In this document: piece by piece, positions 1 through 12,053 of the stretch
Layout: each line of letters begins with the position of its first letter
Position numbering within the stretch: position 1 is the first letter of the stretch
Origin: Candidatus Saccharimonadota bacterium
Lineage (GTDB): Bacteria > Bacillota_I > Bacilli_A > Mycoplasmatales > Hepatoplasmataceae
Assembly: GCF_000582535.1 (NCBI RefSeq)
Contig: NZ_CP006932.1
Coordinates: forward strand, 60,001-92,000
Direction: 5' to 3'
Length of the DNA: 32,000 nucleotides
Translations under genes and position numbers: made by a program
Notes under the pieces: model-generated
What the model was told of the DNA's origin: nothing
Seen by the model: only the letters and a program-made list of their open reading frames with translations
Databases searched by the model: none

Positions 1-93
1 GTTTTAGAAGAAAAATTGATTAAAAACAAATTTAAAAAGGTAGATAATTTAGTAAAAATAAATTTATTTTATGCAAATGATTTTGTTAATTAA
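1..93 (+). CDS. 3' end of an unidentified protein-coding gene (start upstream of window)
   Basis: Frame +1 is open from base 1 to TAA at 91-93 (...VLEEKLIKNKFKKVDNLVKINLFYANDFVN*). It is too short to assign a family. Confidence 0.4.
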   Translation, partial: VLEEKLIKNKFKKVDNLVKINLFYANDFVN

Positions 94-111
94 ATTATAA
101 GGATTAATAAA

Positions 112-1464
112 ATGGAAATAAAAGAAGCATTACAAAAGAAAAATATAAATAAAGAATTAGAAATTTCAGGTTGAGTTAGATTTAATAGATCTTCAAAAAA
201 AATTGTCTTTATTGATCTATATGATGGTTCAAATTTAAATGGAATTCAAATTGTTTGTAAAGAAGAATTATTAAATAAAAAAGATTTTAATCTTTTATTT
301 AAAGCTCCTCTTTATTCTGCTTTTACTTTAAAAGGAAAAATTATTTTTAATATTAAAAAAGAAAAATATGAATTCTGGCCTTTTAAAATTGAATATTTTA
401 GTTTTTCTGATTCAAAATTTCCTCTAGGAAAAAAAGATCATACCTTAGAATTTTTAAGATTACAATCTCATTTAAGAATTAGAACTAAGTTGTTTCAATC
501 AATAATGAAAATTAGATCTTATTGTAGTCAATTAATTCATTTGTATTTTATGAAAAATGAGTTTTATTATATTCATACACCAATAATTACAAAAAATGAT
601 GCTGAAGGAGCAGGCGAAACTTTTTTTGTAAAAACAAAAAATAATCAATCCTTTTTTAATAGTCAAGGAACATTAACAGTTTCAGGACAATTGCAAGAAG
701 AATCATATACTCAAAGTTTAAAAAAAACTTATACTTTTGGTCCAACTTTTCGTGCAGAAAAATCAAATACTCCAAGACACGCAAATGAATTTTGAATGAT
801 AGAACCAGAAATAGCTTTTGCTGATTATTTTAAAGCTATGGATTTAGGGGAGAATCTTTTAAAGTTTATAGCAAAAAAAATATTAAATAATTATTTAGAA
901 GAATTAAAATTTTTAGAAAATTATTTTAAAACTAATTTAATAGAAAATTTACAAAATATAATTAAAAAAAAATTTAATAAAATAAAATATGAAGAAGCAC
1001 TTAATATTTTAAAAGAAGGTAAATTAAAAGATAAAATTTTTCTAAATGATAAATTTAATTTTGGTGATGAATTATCAACTGAACATGAAAAATATCTTGC
1101 TGAAATTTATGAAAAAGGACCGATTTATATTTATGATTATCCATATAAAAATAGTTCTTTCTATATGTATAAAAATAATGATAATAAAACAGTTCGGGGA
1201 TTTGATTTATTAGTTCCAAAAATTGGTGAATTAATTGGAGGATCTCAAAGAGAAGATAATTATGAAAAATTAATTAATATAATAAAAGAAAAAAAACTGG
1301 AATTAAAAGAATTAAATTGATATTTAGATTTAAGAAAATATGGATATGCTAAATCTTCAGGATTTGGAATTGGTTTTGAAAGATTAATTATGTTTATTAC
1401 AGGAGTAGAAAATATTCGCGATGTTTTACCATTCCCAAGAACACCAGGAAAATTGGAGTTTTAA
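112..1464 (+). CDS. asnS: Asparaginyl-tRNA synthetase (class II), 450 aa
   Basis: ATG at 112. Track fragments 490-795 and 796-1320 share the frame and are joined across in-frame TGA codons. Class II motif '[24 protein letters not shown]' and C-terminus '[30 protein letters not shown]' are typical of AsnRS. Stop is TAA at 1462-1464. Confidence 0.9.
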
Positions 1465-2457
1465 ATGGATCAAAAAATAGATAAAAAAGTTGTAATGGCA
1501 ATTGAAACATCTTGCGATGATACATCAATTGCTATTTTGCGTAATGATATAGTTATTTCTCAAATTACCCATTCTCAAATAGAAAATCATAATAAATTTG
1601 GTGGAATAATTCCTGAGCTTGCAGCAAGATTACATTCAAAAAATATTTTTAATTTAATTATTGAAGCCTTAAAAGATTGTTCTTTAAATTTAAAAGATCT
1701 TGATTCAATAATAGTAACAGAAGGTCCAGGCTTAATAAATACATTACAAGTTGGGTTTTTAGTAGCTAAAAGTTTAGCTTATGCTTTAAATATTAAATGC
1801 TTTAAAGCTAATCATTTAATAGGACATGCATATTCTCCTTTTATAAATGAATCAATAAATAAAATACCAAATAAAGCAATTACTTTAATTATTTCGGGAG
1901 GACATACAATTATTGCAATTAAAAAAAATCATAATTTTGAAATAATTGGATCTACAAGAGATGATGCAATCGGAGAAGTTTATGATAAAGTTGCAAGAAT
2001 GTTGGGATTTGAATATCCGGGTGGTCCAATAATAGACAAAATAGCTTTTGAAAATAATAATCGTAATTTTTTTAATGCTCCTATTACAAATTTGGAAGGA
2101 TTTGATTTTTCTTATTCGGGTTTAAAATCATGAGTTTTAAATCATAAATATGAAAATAAAGAAGAATTATTAAGTTCCTTTCAAAATGTTGCAATTGAAC
2201 AATTGATTATAAAGATAAAAAAAGCAATTATAAAATATAATTTAAAATATTTAATAATTGGTGGCGGAGTAAGTGCAAATAGATATTTAAGACAAAATAT
2301 CAAAAAAATGAATCAAATTTATTCTTATATTCCTAAAAAAATATATGCTGTCGATAATGCAGCAATGATTGGAAATCTTTTTTTCAAAAGTAAAAAGAAT
2401 ATTAAAGAAGTAAAACTTACAGATGATGTAAAACCTAATTTACTAATGGAGACATAA
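1465..2457 (+). CDS. tsaD: tRNA N6-adenosine threonylcarbamoyltransferase TsaD (Gcp/Kae1 family), 330 aa
   Basis: 'MAIETSCDDTSIAIL', 'HLIGHAYSPF' (HxxxH metal site), 'ISGGHT' and 'GEVYDKVARMLGFEYPGGPIIDK'. Fragments 1465-2133 and 2203-2457 are joined across TGA at 2131-2133. I read the gap and it has no TAA or TAG. Confidence 0.9.
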
Positions 2458-3305
2458 TGAATGGAAAAATATTAGAAGGTAATAAATTAGCAGATAAATT
2501 ATTGAATGATTTAAAAGAAACAATTATAAAAGATAAATTAAATTTAAAATTAGTAGCAATTCAAGTAGGTTCTGTAGAAGAATCAAATTTATATTTAGAT
2601 TTAAAAAAAATTCAAGCAAAAAATGTAGGGATAAATTTTGAAATAATAAAATTATCAGAAAATATTGAAAATTATGATTTAATTAAAAATATTGAAAAAT
2701 TAAATAAAGATAAAACTGTAGATGGAATAATTATTCAATTACCACTTCCAAAAAAAATTGATTTAAAATTAATTTCACAAGCAATTGTTCCTTGAAAAGA
2801 TGTAGACGGTTTTAATCCTTTTATTAAAGGTCAATTAGATTTAAATCAATTAGAATTAGTTCCACCCACAGCAATGGCGACTTTTTATCTTCTTGAAAAT
2901 AATAATATTTCTTTTGAAAATAAATCTATTTTAGTAATCGGAAGAGGAGAAATTGCTGGAAAACCAATTATAAAAATGCTTTTAAATAAAAATGCAATTG
3001 TTACTTCAGTTGGTAATAAAATTAAAGATTTAAAAAAATATACAAAAAAAGCAGATATTATAATATCTGCTACTGGCGATAAAAATATTATAAACAATAG
3101 AAAAATGGTCAAAAAAAATGTAGGTCTAGTTAATATTGGATTAGTAAAAGAAGACGGAAAAATTATTGGTGATATAAATGAAGAAAAATTAATCAAAAAA
3201 GCTTCATGAATTATTCCAGCAAAAGGAGGAATTGGTCCTCTTACAGTTGCCTTTTTGTTAATTAATACTTATAAATGTTATATAATTAGGAAAAATTCTA
3301 ATTAA
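2457..3305 (+). CDS. folD: Bifunctional methylenetetrahydrofolate dehydrogenase/cyclohydrolase FolD, 282 aa
   Basis: The ATG overlaps the tsaD stop (TAATG). 'VGSVEESNLYLDLKKIQAKNVGINF', 'VDGIIIQLPLP', 'VIGRGEIAGKPI' and 'PAKGGIGPLTVAFL'. Fragments are joined across TGA at 2793 and 3207. Stop is TAA at 3303-3305. Confidence 0.9.
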
Positions 3306-3323
3306 TTTTTTAAAGAAAGAAAT

Positions 3324-4316
3324 ATGAATAACAAAGAAAATATAGATCCTTTAAATCAAAATAAAGTAAAAATGTCTTATATTAAAATAGGAGATAATAA
3401 AGTAATTTATCCAGCTACAATTACTAAAAGAATTTTTGCAAGGTTAATAGATTTTCTTTTAGCTTGAATAGTACCTTTTATTTTGTTATCTATTTACTAT
3501 GCAAAATTTTCTAATAATAATTTTGTTGACCCTTATGATACACAAATAATGATTGGATTATCTGTTTCCTTTGCATCATTTTTTTTATTTTTTATTTTGA
3601 TTCCTCTTTTAAATTTTAAAAATATTGGTCAATCTCTTGGGAAAAAATTTTTAAAAATTACTCCTCTTTATTTTAGAGAAAAAAATAATATTTTATCTTT
3701 TTTAATTAGAGAAAGCTTTTTAGGTATTTTACTTGTAATTCCAACAATTTTCTTTTTAATTGTTGGATTTAATCCTGTAGTTTCAGAATCTCTTTATTTT
3801 AGTTTGTGAAACGATCATAAAGTCTTTACTGATGTTGCAAATCAAATTCCTGGAAAAGATCCTTCAGGACAGATTGATTTTATAATTAATGTTTGAGGTG
3901 AAGGATTTTATATTTCTGGAATAGACGGAAAAGAATATATAATAGAGGGATGACAAATGGGACTTGCAATTACTGGAATGGTAATTGGTTGATTATTTTT
4001 CATTAGTGTTATTATTGTTTGAATCACAGCAGGAACAAATACTCAAAAAAGAGGTTTACATGATGATTTAGCAAAAACAGCTGTTGTTGATTTGAAAACA
4101 ATTATATCTGAAGAACAAGCTCAAGATCGTTATCAAAAATTATTAAATATTTATAAAGTTAATTCAGAAGAGGAAGAAAAAATAAATATTAATAAAAAAG
4201 AAGATTCAAATGACTCATTATCTCCATTCAATTCTTCTAAAAAAGAAAAAGATAAAAAAATTGAAAAAGATAATGAGAAAAAAAATTCAGAAAATAAAAA
4301 AGAGGAAAAACCTTAA
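3324..4316 (+). CDS. RDD-family integral membrane protein with Lys/Glu-rich C-terminal tail, 330 aa
   Basis: 'ATITKRIFARLIDFLLAWIVPFIL' at the N-terminus and 'RGLHDDLAKTAVVDL' after several hydrophobic helices fit the RDD domain pattern. It contains 6 in-frame TGA codons, and I checked the gaps. The tail from 4092-4316 is a low-complexity K/E/N/S sequence. Confidence 0.65.
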
Positions 4317-4325
4317 ATTTAAGAT

Positions 4326-6428
4326 ATGGATTTAAATCAAAAGCAACAAGAAATTGTAAATTATCTTGAGGGACCATTAAGAGTAATTGCTGGACCCGGA
4401 TCAGGAAAAACAAGAACAATTATTGCGAAAATAGAATATCTAATTAAAGTTAAAAAAATAAATCCAAAAAAAATTCTAGTTGTTACTTTTACAAATAAGG
4501 CAGCAAATGAAATTACTGAAAGAATTAAAAATTTAATAGGAATAGATAATTTCAATTCAGTATATACATATCATTCTTTTGCTTTTCATTTTTTAAGATT
4601 AGAAGCAAATAGTTTAAATTTATCAAATAATTATTTTATTTTAGATGGACAAGATCAAAAATCATTAATCAAAAAGCATTTTAAAGATGAAGAATTTATT
4701 GCAAATAATTCAATTGACCTAAATGATTTAATTAATATTTTTCATAAATTAAGATTTAATCCAGAAGAAAAAATTTCAAATGATAATCAATATTTAAGAA
4801 AAATTGCAAAATTATTTGATAAATATCAAAATTATAAAAAAGAAATTTCAGCATTAGATTTTGATGATTTAATCATTTTTTCAAAAGAAATTCTTGAAAA
4901 AAACGAAGAAATTAGAAATAAATGAAGAAAAAAATATGAATATATTTTAGTAGATGAATTTCAAGATATTGATTCCTATCAATATCAAATTTTAAAATCT
5001 ATTACAAATATTAATTCTAAAATTATGATTGTAGGAGATCCTGATCAAAATATTTATTCTTGAAGAGGAGCAAATATTGATCTCATTTTTTTATTTGAAA
5101 AAGATTATAAAAATGTAAAAACAATCATTTTAAATACAAATTATCGATCTACTAAATCTATTTTAAAGATTGCAAATAATTTAATTTCAAATAATAAAAA
5201 AAGAGTCAGTTTTGATAATAATCCTTTTAATAAAGAAGATAAAAAAATTAATCTTATTATTGGGAAATCAAAAGAATTAGAAGCAAAAAAAGTAATAGAT
5301 GAAATTATTTTTTTGCATCGAGAAAAAAATATTCCACTAGAAGAAATTGCAATAATTTATCGTTCAAATTATATTTCAAGGGAATATGAAATAGAATTAA
5401 TAAATCGTGGAATAAATTATATTGTTGTAGGTGGTTTTCGTTTTTTTGAAAGAAAAGAAGTAAAGGAAACACTTAATTTTTTGCGATTTTTATTATTGAA
5501 AGATAATTATTCATTATCTCTTATAATAAATATACCAAGTCGCGGAATTGGAGATAAAACTTTTTCTAAATTAGAAAATGAAGCAAATTTAAAAAAAATT
5601 ACAATTTGAAAAGGCTTAGAAAAAAATTTAATAAATATTCCAAAAAAATTGCAATTATTTATAGATGAAACTAAAAAAATATTAGAAGAAATTCCTAAAA
5701 TTGAATCATTTAAATATTTTCCAAATTTAATTGAAAAATATTTAAATAATATAGGTTTTTTTAATTTTTATAAAAATTTTTCAGAAGAAAAAGTTAAAAA
5801 TATACAATCATTAATTGAATTAATTGCTGAACAATTTAAAAGAAAAGATTCCTTAATTGATGATCTTTATGATTTTTTAAAAAATTGTGCTTTATTTTCT
5901 TCTACTGATACTAAATCTCTTGTAAATAATTTAACTTTAATTACAGTTCATGCATCAAAAGGATTAGAATTTGAAGCTGTATTTTTTGTTGGATTTAATG
6001 AAAATATAATTCCTTCTAATCGTTCAATTTATGATAGTAAAATCGAAGAAGAGAGAAGAATAGCATATGTTGGAATTACAAGAGCGAAAAAATATCTTTA
6101 TCTTGCTTATTTTTATGGTACGGATTTTTATATGAATCCTTGAAAACCTTCTCGTTTTATTTATGAATTTAATTATCCATTTAATTTAATTGATCAAAAA
6201 AAAGATAAATCATTTAGTAAATTTCAAAATTATCAAAAAAACTTTATAAAAAAAGGATATAGCAATGATAAATCAAATTTACAGGCAGGAGATATTGTTT
6301 ATCATCAAAGTTTTGGAGAAGGGGTTGTAATAAAAGCTGATGATATTTTTGTTACAGTTGCTTTTGATAAAAATCATGGGATAAAAGAAATTCTTATTGA
6401 ACATCAATTTTTATTAAAAAAAGACTAA
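4326..6428 (+). CDS. pcrA: ATP-dependent DNA helicase PcrA/UvrD (superfamily 1), 700 aa
   Basis: Walker A 'AGPGSGKTRTI', motif II 'VDEFQDID', 'VGDPDQNIYSWRGA', 'LNTNYRST', 'TVHASKGLEF' and 'RRIAYVGITRAKK'. The C-terminus has a 'GDIVYHQSFGEGVVIK' domain. Four track fragments are joined across TGA codons. Confidence 0.9.
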
Positions 6429-6449
6429 AAATATATAATTTAAAAAATT

Positions 6450-8000
6450 ATGTTTTCTTGAATTTTTCTAATAATCTTAATCATTCTTATTATTTTTGCT
6501 TTAATAGTTCTAATAAGAATACATTTTATAAAAGGAGAAAAGAAGCAAATTTCATATATTGAAAAATTTAATGCTTCAATTTTAATAGATTTAAATCGAA
6601 TGATTGTAACAACAACAGATGATAAAAATGTCAGAAATAATTTTGATTTTATTAATTTATTTAAAAGATTAAAAATATTGGATTTTTCAAAAAATAAATC
6701 TTTTAATTCATTTATTCTTTTACTTCTAAATAAAGAACAAAAAAACAGAAATTTAATTATCAAAAATAAAGTAAAAAAATTTATAAATAATCAATATACA
6801 TTTTTTTCAAAATCACTGATTTCAGAATTTGGTTATTTTGGAGTTTTAAAAATATCAAAATTTGACTCTATAAAAAATCAGATTACAATAATGTCTTATG
6901 GATATCGAACAAAAAATAATAATTTTCAAAATTATATCCATAAAACAAAAATTTATAAAGAAGAAAAATTAACAGATTATCAAATTTTTCAAAATTTTTA
7001 TGAAAAAATAAAAAATAGCAAATATGATTATAATTTATCAATAATTAAGGATTTAACATTAGCAACAACAAATAATCTTTATAATAAATTTTTATCTTGA
7101 GGGTTAAAAGCCTTTTTTCGGGAATATGAAGATGTTGATTTTTATCTTGATAATTTAAGTAATATTTATTTTTTAACAAGATCATTAAATAGCAAGAATG
7201 AATTAATAATTAATAATTACTACATTGAAAAATTTAATTTAATAAAATATCGCTTTCAAGAAAAAATGAAAATAAATTTTGATTTTTCTGGTTTTGAAAT
7301 TGCAAGTTCAAAAATAATTAAAAATGAAAAAATAATGCTTGATTATGCTTTTTGTCAAATTCAAAAATTTTTTGATAATAATCGATTAAATAAAATAAAT
7401 AATTATCAAGAAATAATTAGATATGCCAATCAAATTATTAATTACGATTATTCAAAAAAAGATGGTGTAAATATTGAAGTAAAAGATAATTATTTTGTAA
7501 ATAAAAGTATCGTAATTATTTCAATTAATTTTTTAAATAAAAATGTCGAAGAAATTAATAATTATACTGTTTTTAAAAAATATGAAATGACAAATATTTT
7601 TTTTAAATCATTATTATCAACAATTAAGGATAAGAAAATAAAAGATTATTTAATTTTACTATCATTATCAACATTTACAAATTTTATAAATTATTTTGAA
7701 AAATCAAAAATTGATATTCATTCTTTTCTTCTTACAAATAGTTATGATTATTTAGTCAAAAATGAATTAGAAATTAAAAAAATAAATTGGGAATTTTTTG
7801 AAATATATCTTTTGCAAGATAATTTTTGATTCTCACTAGATACAATTTTAATAATTATTCCAAAAATAGTATTTATTACACAAAATTATCTTGATAATTT
7901 TGAAAATAATCAAATAGAAGAAGAAAATTTAAATGAAAAATATTTGAATCTTTTAGATATTAAGAGAAATTATAAGGATATTGATATAAAAAAAATTTAA
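6450..8000 (+). CDS. Hypothetical membrane-anchored protein, 516 aa, no recognised domain
   Basis: ATG at 6450. The N-terminal hydrophobic helix is 'MFSWIFLIILIILIIFALIVLIRI'. Frame 0 stays open through TGA codons at 6459, 7098 and 7827 to TAA at 7998-8000, and I read the gaps. A 517-codon frame free of TAA and TAG in DNA this AT-rich argues for coding. Confidence 0.6.
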
Positions 8001-8042
8001 TTTTATAAATTATTATTTATAATTTTTTTGAAATTAAAAATA

Positions 8043-9443
8043 ATGAAATCAACCACCTATCAAAATTTTAAGGAACTTTTAAATAAAAAAATAGAAAATT
8101 TAAATGATTTTAAAGTAAAAAATAATTTACTGAAAAATAAGATAAATATAGAAGCTAAAGTTCTTAAAAATTTGGAATTAAAAGAATTAGAAATATTTAA
8201 TTTAGAAAAAAAATTACAAAAAAATCTTGACAAAATAGATCAAAAAATTTTAAAATTGAAAACTAATCTTTTAAAAAATAAAGAAAAAATTTTAGATTTA
8301 CAAGATTTATTAGAGGACAAAAATAATCTTTCTAAATATAAAAAAGAAATTGAAAAAAAATCTTTTGAAATAAATCAAATTAAAAATAAAATAAAAATTT
8401 TTAAAAGAGAAAAAAAACCATTATCTGCTTTTTATAGTTTAAATTATAAAAATAATAAAGAAATAAAGAAAATTAAAAAAAGAATTAAAAAAATAAACAA
8501 ATGTAAAGAAAATAAAATATCTATTAAAACAGCAAAATTAAAACAAAAAAATAATAAGATTGATATTAATTTAAAAATACAAGAACATGATCTTAATAAA
8601 TTTATTGGATTAATTAAAAAAGCAAATAATGTTTTAGTAAAAAAAGAAAAAAAAATAATAGAAGAAATGGCCTTTGTTGTAAAAGATTTAAATGTTTATT
8701 ATGGAACAAAAAAAGCTTTGTTCAATGTAAATATTGAAATTCCCCGTAAAAAAATCATTGCAATTATTGGTCCATCTGGTTGTGGTAAATCAACTTTTTT
8801 AAGAACCTTGAATCGTATAAATGATGAAATTTCTAATTTTAAAAGTGAAGGTGAAATTTTATTAAATGGAGAATATGATATTTTTAAATTAAAGTCAATT
8901 AAAAATAATTATGATAAATTAGAATTAACAGAATTAAGAACAAGGGTTGGGATGATTTTTCAGAAACCAAATCCCTTTCCAATTTCAATTTACAAAAATG
9001 TTTCCTATGGACCAAAGATAAATGGAATTAAAAATAAATCTTTACTTAATCAAATTGTTCAAGATTCACTTGAAAAAGCAGCTCTTTGAAATGAAGTAAA
9101 AGAAAATTTAAAAGAAAATGGAACTTCTCTTTCGGGAGGACAGCAACAAAGATTATGTATTGCAAGATCAATTGCAAATAATCCTGAAATTTTACTTATG
9201 GATGAACCAACATCTGCACTAGACCCTATTGCAGCTTCTAAAATTGAGAATTTATTATTAAATTTAAAAAAAGATTATACAATAATAATGGTTACACATT
9301 CAATGCAACAGGCTATTCGCATATCTGATTATACAGCCTTTTTTTACCAAGGAAAATTAATTGAATTTGCTCCTACTGAAAAACTATTTAAAAATCCCAT
9401 TCAGAAAAGAACACATGATTATGTATTAGGAAAATTTGGATAA
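8043..9443 (+). CDS. pstB: Phosphate-import ABC ATPase PstB with ~208-aa Lys-rich coiled-coil N-terminal extension, 466 aa
   Basis: The C-terminal ~258 aa read '[53 protein letters not shown]', '[33 protein letters not shown]' and 'MVTHSMQQA', which is typical PstB. In-frame TGA at 9087-9089 falls in 'AALWNEVK'. The start could be ATG 8043 or TTG 8028. Confidence 0.85.
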
Positions 9444-9447
9444 AAAT

Positions 9448-10875
9448 ATGAAAAAAGATAATGATATAATTACACCATTTATAAAAGATCCGATAAAATG
9501 ATATAACGATATAATTTTTAAAGCAGAATTAATTATTTATGGTCCAACAAAAGGAACAATGTATTTTCGCCCTTATTCATTTAAGATATGAGATTTAATA
9601 ATTAAAAATTTAACAGAAGAATTTAATAAAGAAGGAATTGAAGAAGTTAAATTTCCTTTAATTTTCCCAAAATCATTATTAGATAAAGAAAAAAATCATA
9701 TTGAGGGATTTGCACCAGAAGTTTTAGTAATAACACAAATAGGAAATAAAAAATTAAATGATTTTAATGTTATAAGACCAACATCAGAAATGTTATTTAG
9801 TGATTATTTTAAAAAAACAATTAAAACCTATACACAATTACCAATAAAATTAAATCAATGAGTAAATGTTGTTCGTTGAGAGAATAATACACGTCCCTTT
9901 CTTAGAAATTCTGAATTTTACTGACAAGAAGGTCATACAGTTCATAATAACGAAAAAGAAGCAAGAAAATTCGCTTTCATAATACACAATATTTATCAGA
10001 AATTTTTAAAAGATTCTTTATTACTTCCGGTTATAAGTGGAGAAAAAAGTGCGAATGAAAGATTTGCTGGAGCTATTAATTCTTATACACAAGAAACAAT
10101 TTTAAAAGATGGACAAGCTTTGCAAAGTGCAACATCACATTATCTTGGTGATAATTTTGCAAAATCAATTAATTTTAAAATTCAAAATGAAAAAAATGAT
10201 TTTTTTTATCCGTTTCAAACTTCTTGGGGTACTTCAACAAGACTTATTGGAGGAATAATAATGACTCATTCTGATGATAATGGTCTTGTTTTACCTTCTA
10301 AGATTGCTCCATTTCAAATTGTAATAATTAAAATTACTGATAAAAAAAATGATAATGATTTAAATTCTTTTATTAAAAAATTGTATTTAAAATTAAGAAA
10401 TAAATTTAGAGTAAAAATTGATGATAGTAATCAATCATTTGGTTATAGAATTAAAAATTGAGAAATAAAAGGTGTTCCAATTATTTTTGAAATTGGAAAA
10501 AAAGAAATTTCAAATAAAAAAATCATTTTAAAATTAAGAACAGAAAATAAAAAAAGAGAAATAAAATTAGTTGATTTAGATAATAAAAATATTTTTAATT
10601 TTTTAAAATTAAATGATAAAAATATCCTAGAAAAAGCTTTACTTAATTTTGAAAACAAAAAGATTTGAATTAAAAATTTGGATGAATTGAAAAAAAATAT
10701 TGATGATAAAAGAGTTTGTTATTGTTATTGATTTGAAGATTCTAATTTAGAAGATAAAATAAAAAAAGAAACTGGAGCAACAATAAGACTTCTTTATCAT
10801 GAAAAAAATCAATCACTTGCAATAAATAATAAAGAAAAAACTACACAAGTTGCTGTTTTTGCAAGATCTTATTAA
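9448..10875 (+). CDS. proS: Prolyl-tRNA synthetase, archaeal/eukaryote-like type, 475 aa
   Basis: 'RPTSE', 'NQWVNVVRWE', 'SHYLGDNFAKS' and 'TSWGTSTRLIGGIIMTHSDDNGLVLP'. A Cys-containing C-terminal domain ends in 'FARSY*', and a terminal Tyr is characteristic of this ProRS type. Multiple in-frame TGA codons were read through. Confidence 0.9.
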
Positions 10876-10916
10876 AATTTTTTAGAAATTTACTAAATAA
10901 TAAATAATTTTTTTAT

Positions 10917-12053
10917 GTGATAAATTTTTTAAATTTAAACTATACATTTAATTTTGCATATTACAAAAATGAAAATTTTGTTTTACTTTTGAGTGATAAA
11001 AATTCTAAAAATTGAGGTTTTAATTTTTGAAAAATAAAATTTGAAGATGATAAAATAAAACCTGAACAATTGGTTTTTTATCAAAATCCTATATATAAAA
11101 ATTATGCTTTTAATTATAAAATTGATAAATTTCTAATTGATGATTATAATCACTATCCAAAAATTTATTTAGATATTACTTATCTTTATAAAGAATATGT
11201 ATTTGATTTTTATAATAAAAAGTTTTATTATAATGATTCATTACCAACAGATTTGAAAATTAAAGTAAATATAAATAATAAATATCAAGAAATTTTTATT
11301 TTTGATCAAATCAATCAGTTTAAAGAAAAACAAACAATTATATTAGAACCAGAAATAGATTGTTATAAAGAGGATATTTCAATAAATCTTGAATGTAGTT
11401 CTGAATATGGATATTTTTATCAAAAAAATATATATTTAAGTACAAAAATTAAGCAAGATTATAATTTAGATTTTACAAATAATTTATTTATCAATTTATT
11501 GATTCCAATAGGATATCAAAATAATCAAATTATTTATGATAAATTTTATTTTTTGAAATTATTTAAAAATAATTTTTATTATCCAAAAAATATTAAATTA
11601 CTTTTTTTATTTTACTATAATGATCCTAATAATTGATTAATATATCCAAAAAATGATGAATTAGAAGGTTACATTGATCTTGATGGAATTTCCAATAATT
11701 CTCAATTCTTTTCAATAAATTTTTATTCATATCATAACTTTTTTCTTTTTTATATTGATGATTTTTATTATTATGATTATAAAAATGAAGAATCAATTAA
11801 TGGAATAAATAGTAATTTTGATTATAAAAAAGGAATAATTTTACCATGAGATTATTCTAATAATCAAGGATATATTGAATTTAATATTTCTTTTATAAGT
11901 TATTTAAATTATGAAATTAATTTTAATCTATATTTTCCAATACAAATAAAAAATAGTTTAAGAGGAGAAAAAAATTCTAAATTTCAACTAATTGAGGTAT
12001 TTGATTATAGTGATTTTAATAATGAAAATATTATTTGAGATCAATATGAATAA
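10917..12053 (+). CDS. Hypothetical Tyr/Asn/Phe-rich protein, up to 378 aa, start uncertain
   Basis: Frame 0 is open from the stop at 10905-10907 to TAA at 12051-12053, interrupted only by TGA codons. There is no in-frame ATG before 11070. Candidate starts are GTG 10917, TTG 10989 and TTG 11070. I recognise no motif. Confidence 0.55.

Noticed and set aside
2885-3196. 103-aa minus-strand ORF in the supplied track
   Set aside because: It lies entirely antisense to folD, which has clear family motifs. Its product is Phe/Ile/Leu/Ser-rich low-complexity sequence, typical of the shadow frame of an AT-rich gene.
4237-4555. Two minus-strand ORFs (4237-4419, 4361-4555)
   Set aside because: They are antisense to the RDD tail and to the pcrA Walker A region. 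Their products are F/L-rich shadow sequence with no independent support.
6440-6763. 107-aa minus-strand ORF
   Set aside because: It overlaps the 5' part of the long plus-strand ORF 6450-8000, which stays open for 517 codons. The antisense product is low-complexity.
6450-8000. The upstream orphan as a divergent PstS phosphate-binding lipoprotein partnering pstB
   Set aside because: It has no lipobox cysteine and no recognisable periplasmic-binding-protein motifs. I kept it only as an open question in the findings.
8028-8042. TTG start for pstB, and similarly TTG 30468 for rluD
   Set aside because: An ATG lies a few codons downstream in each case (8043 and 30480). For pstB a TATAAT-like box at 8018-8023 would place the transcription start at or after 8028. 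The alternative starts are not excluded, only judged less likely.
10443-10658. 71-aa minus-strand ORF
   Set aside because: It is antisense to the anticodon-binding and C-terminal region of proS.
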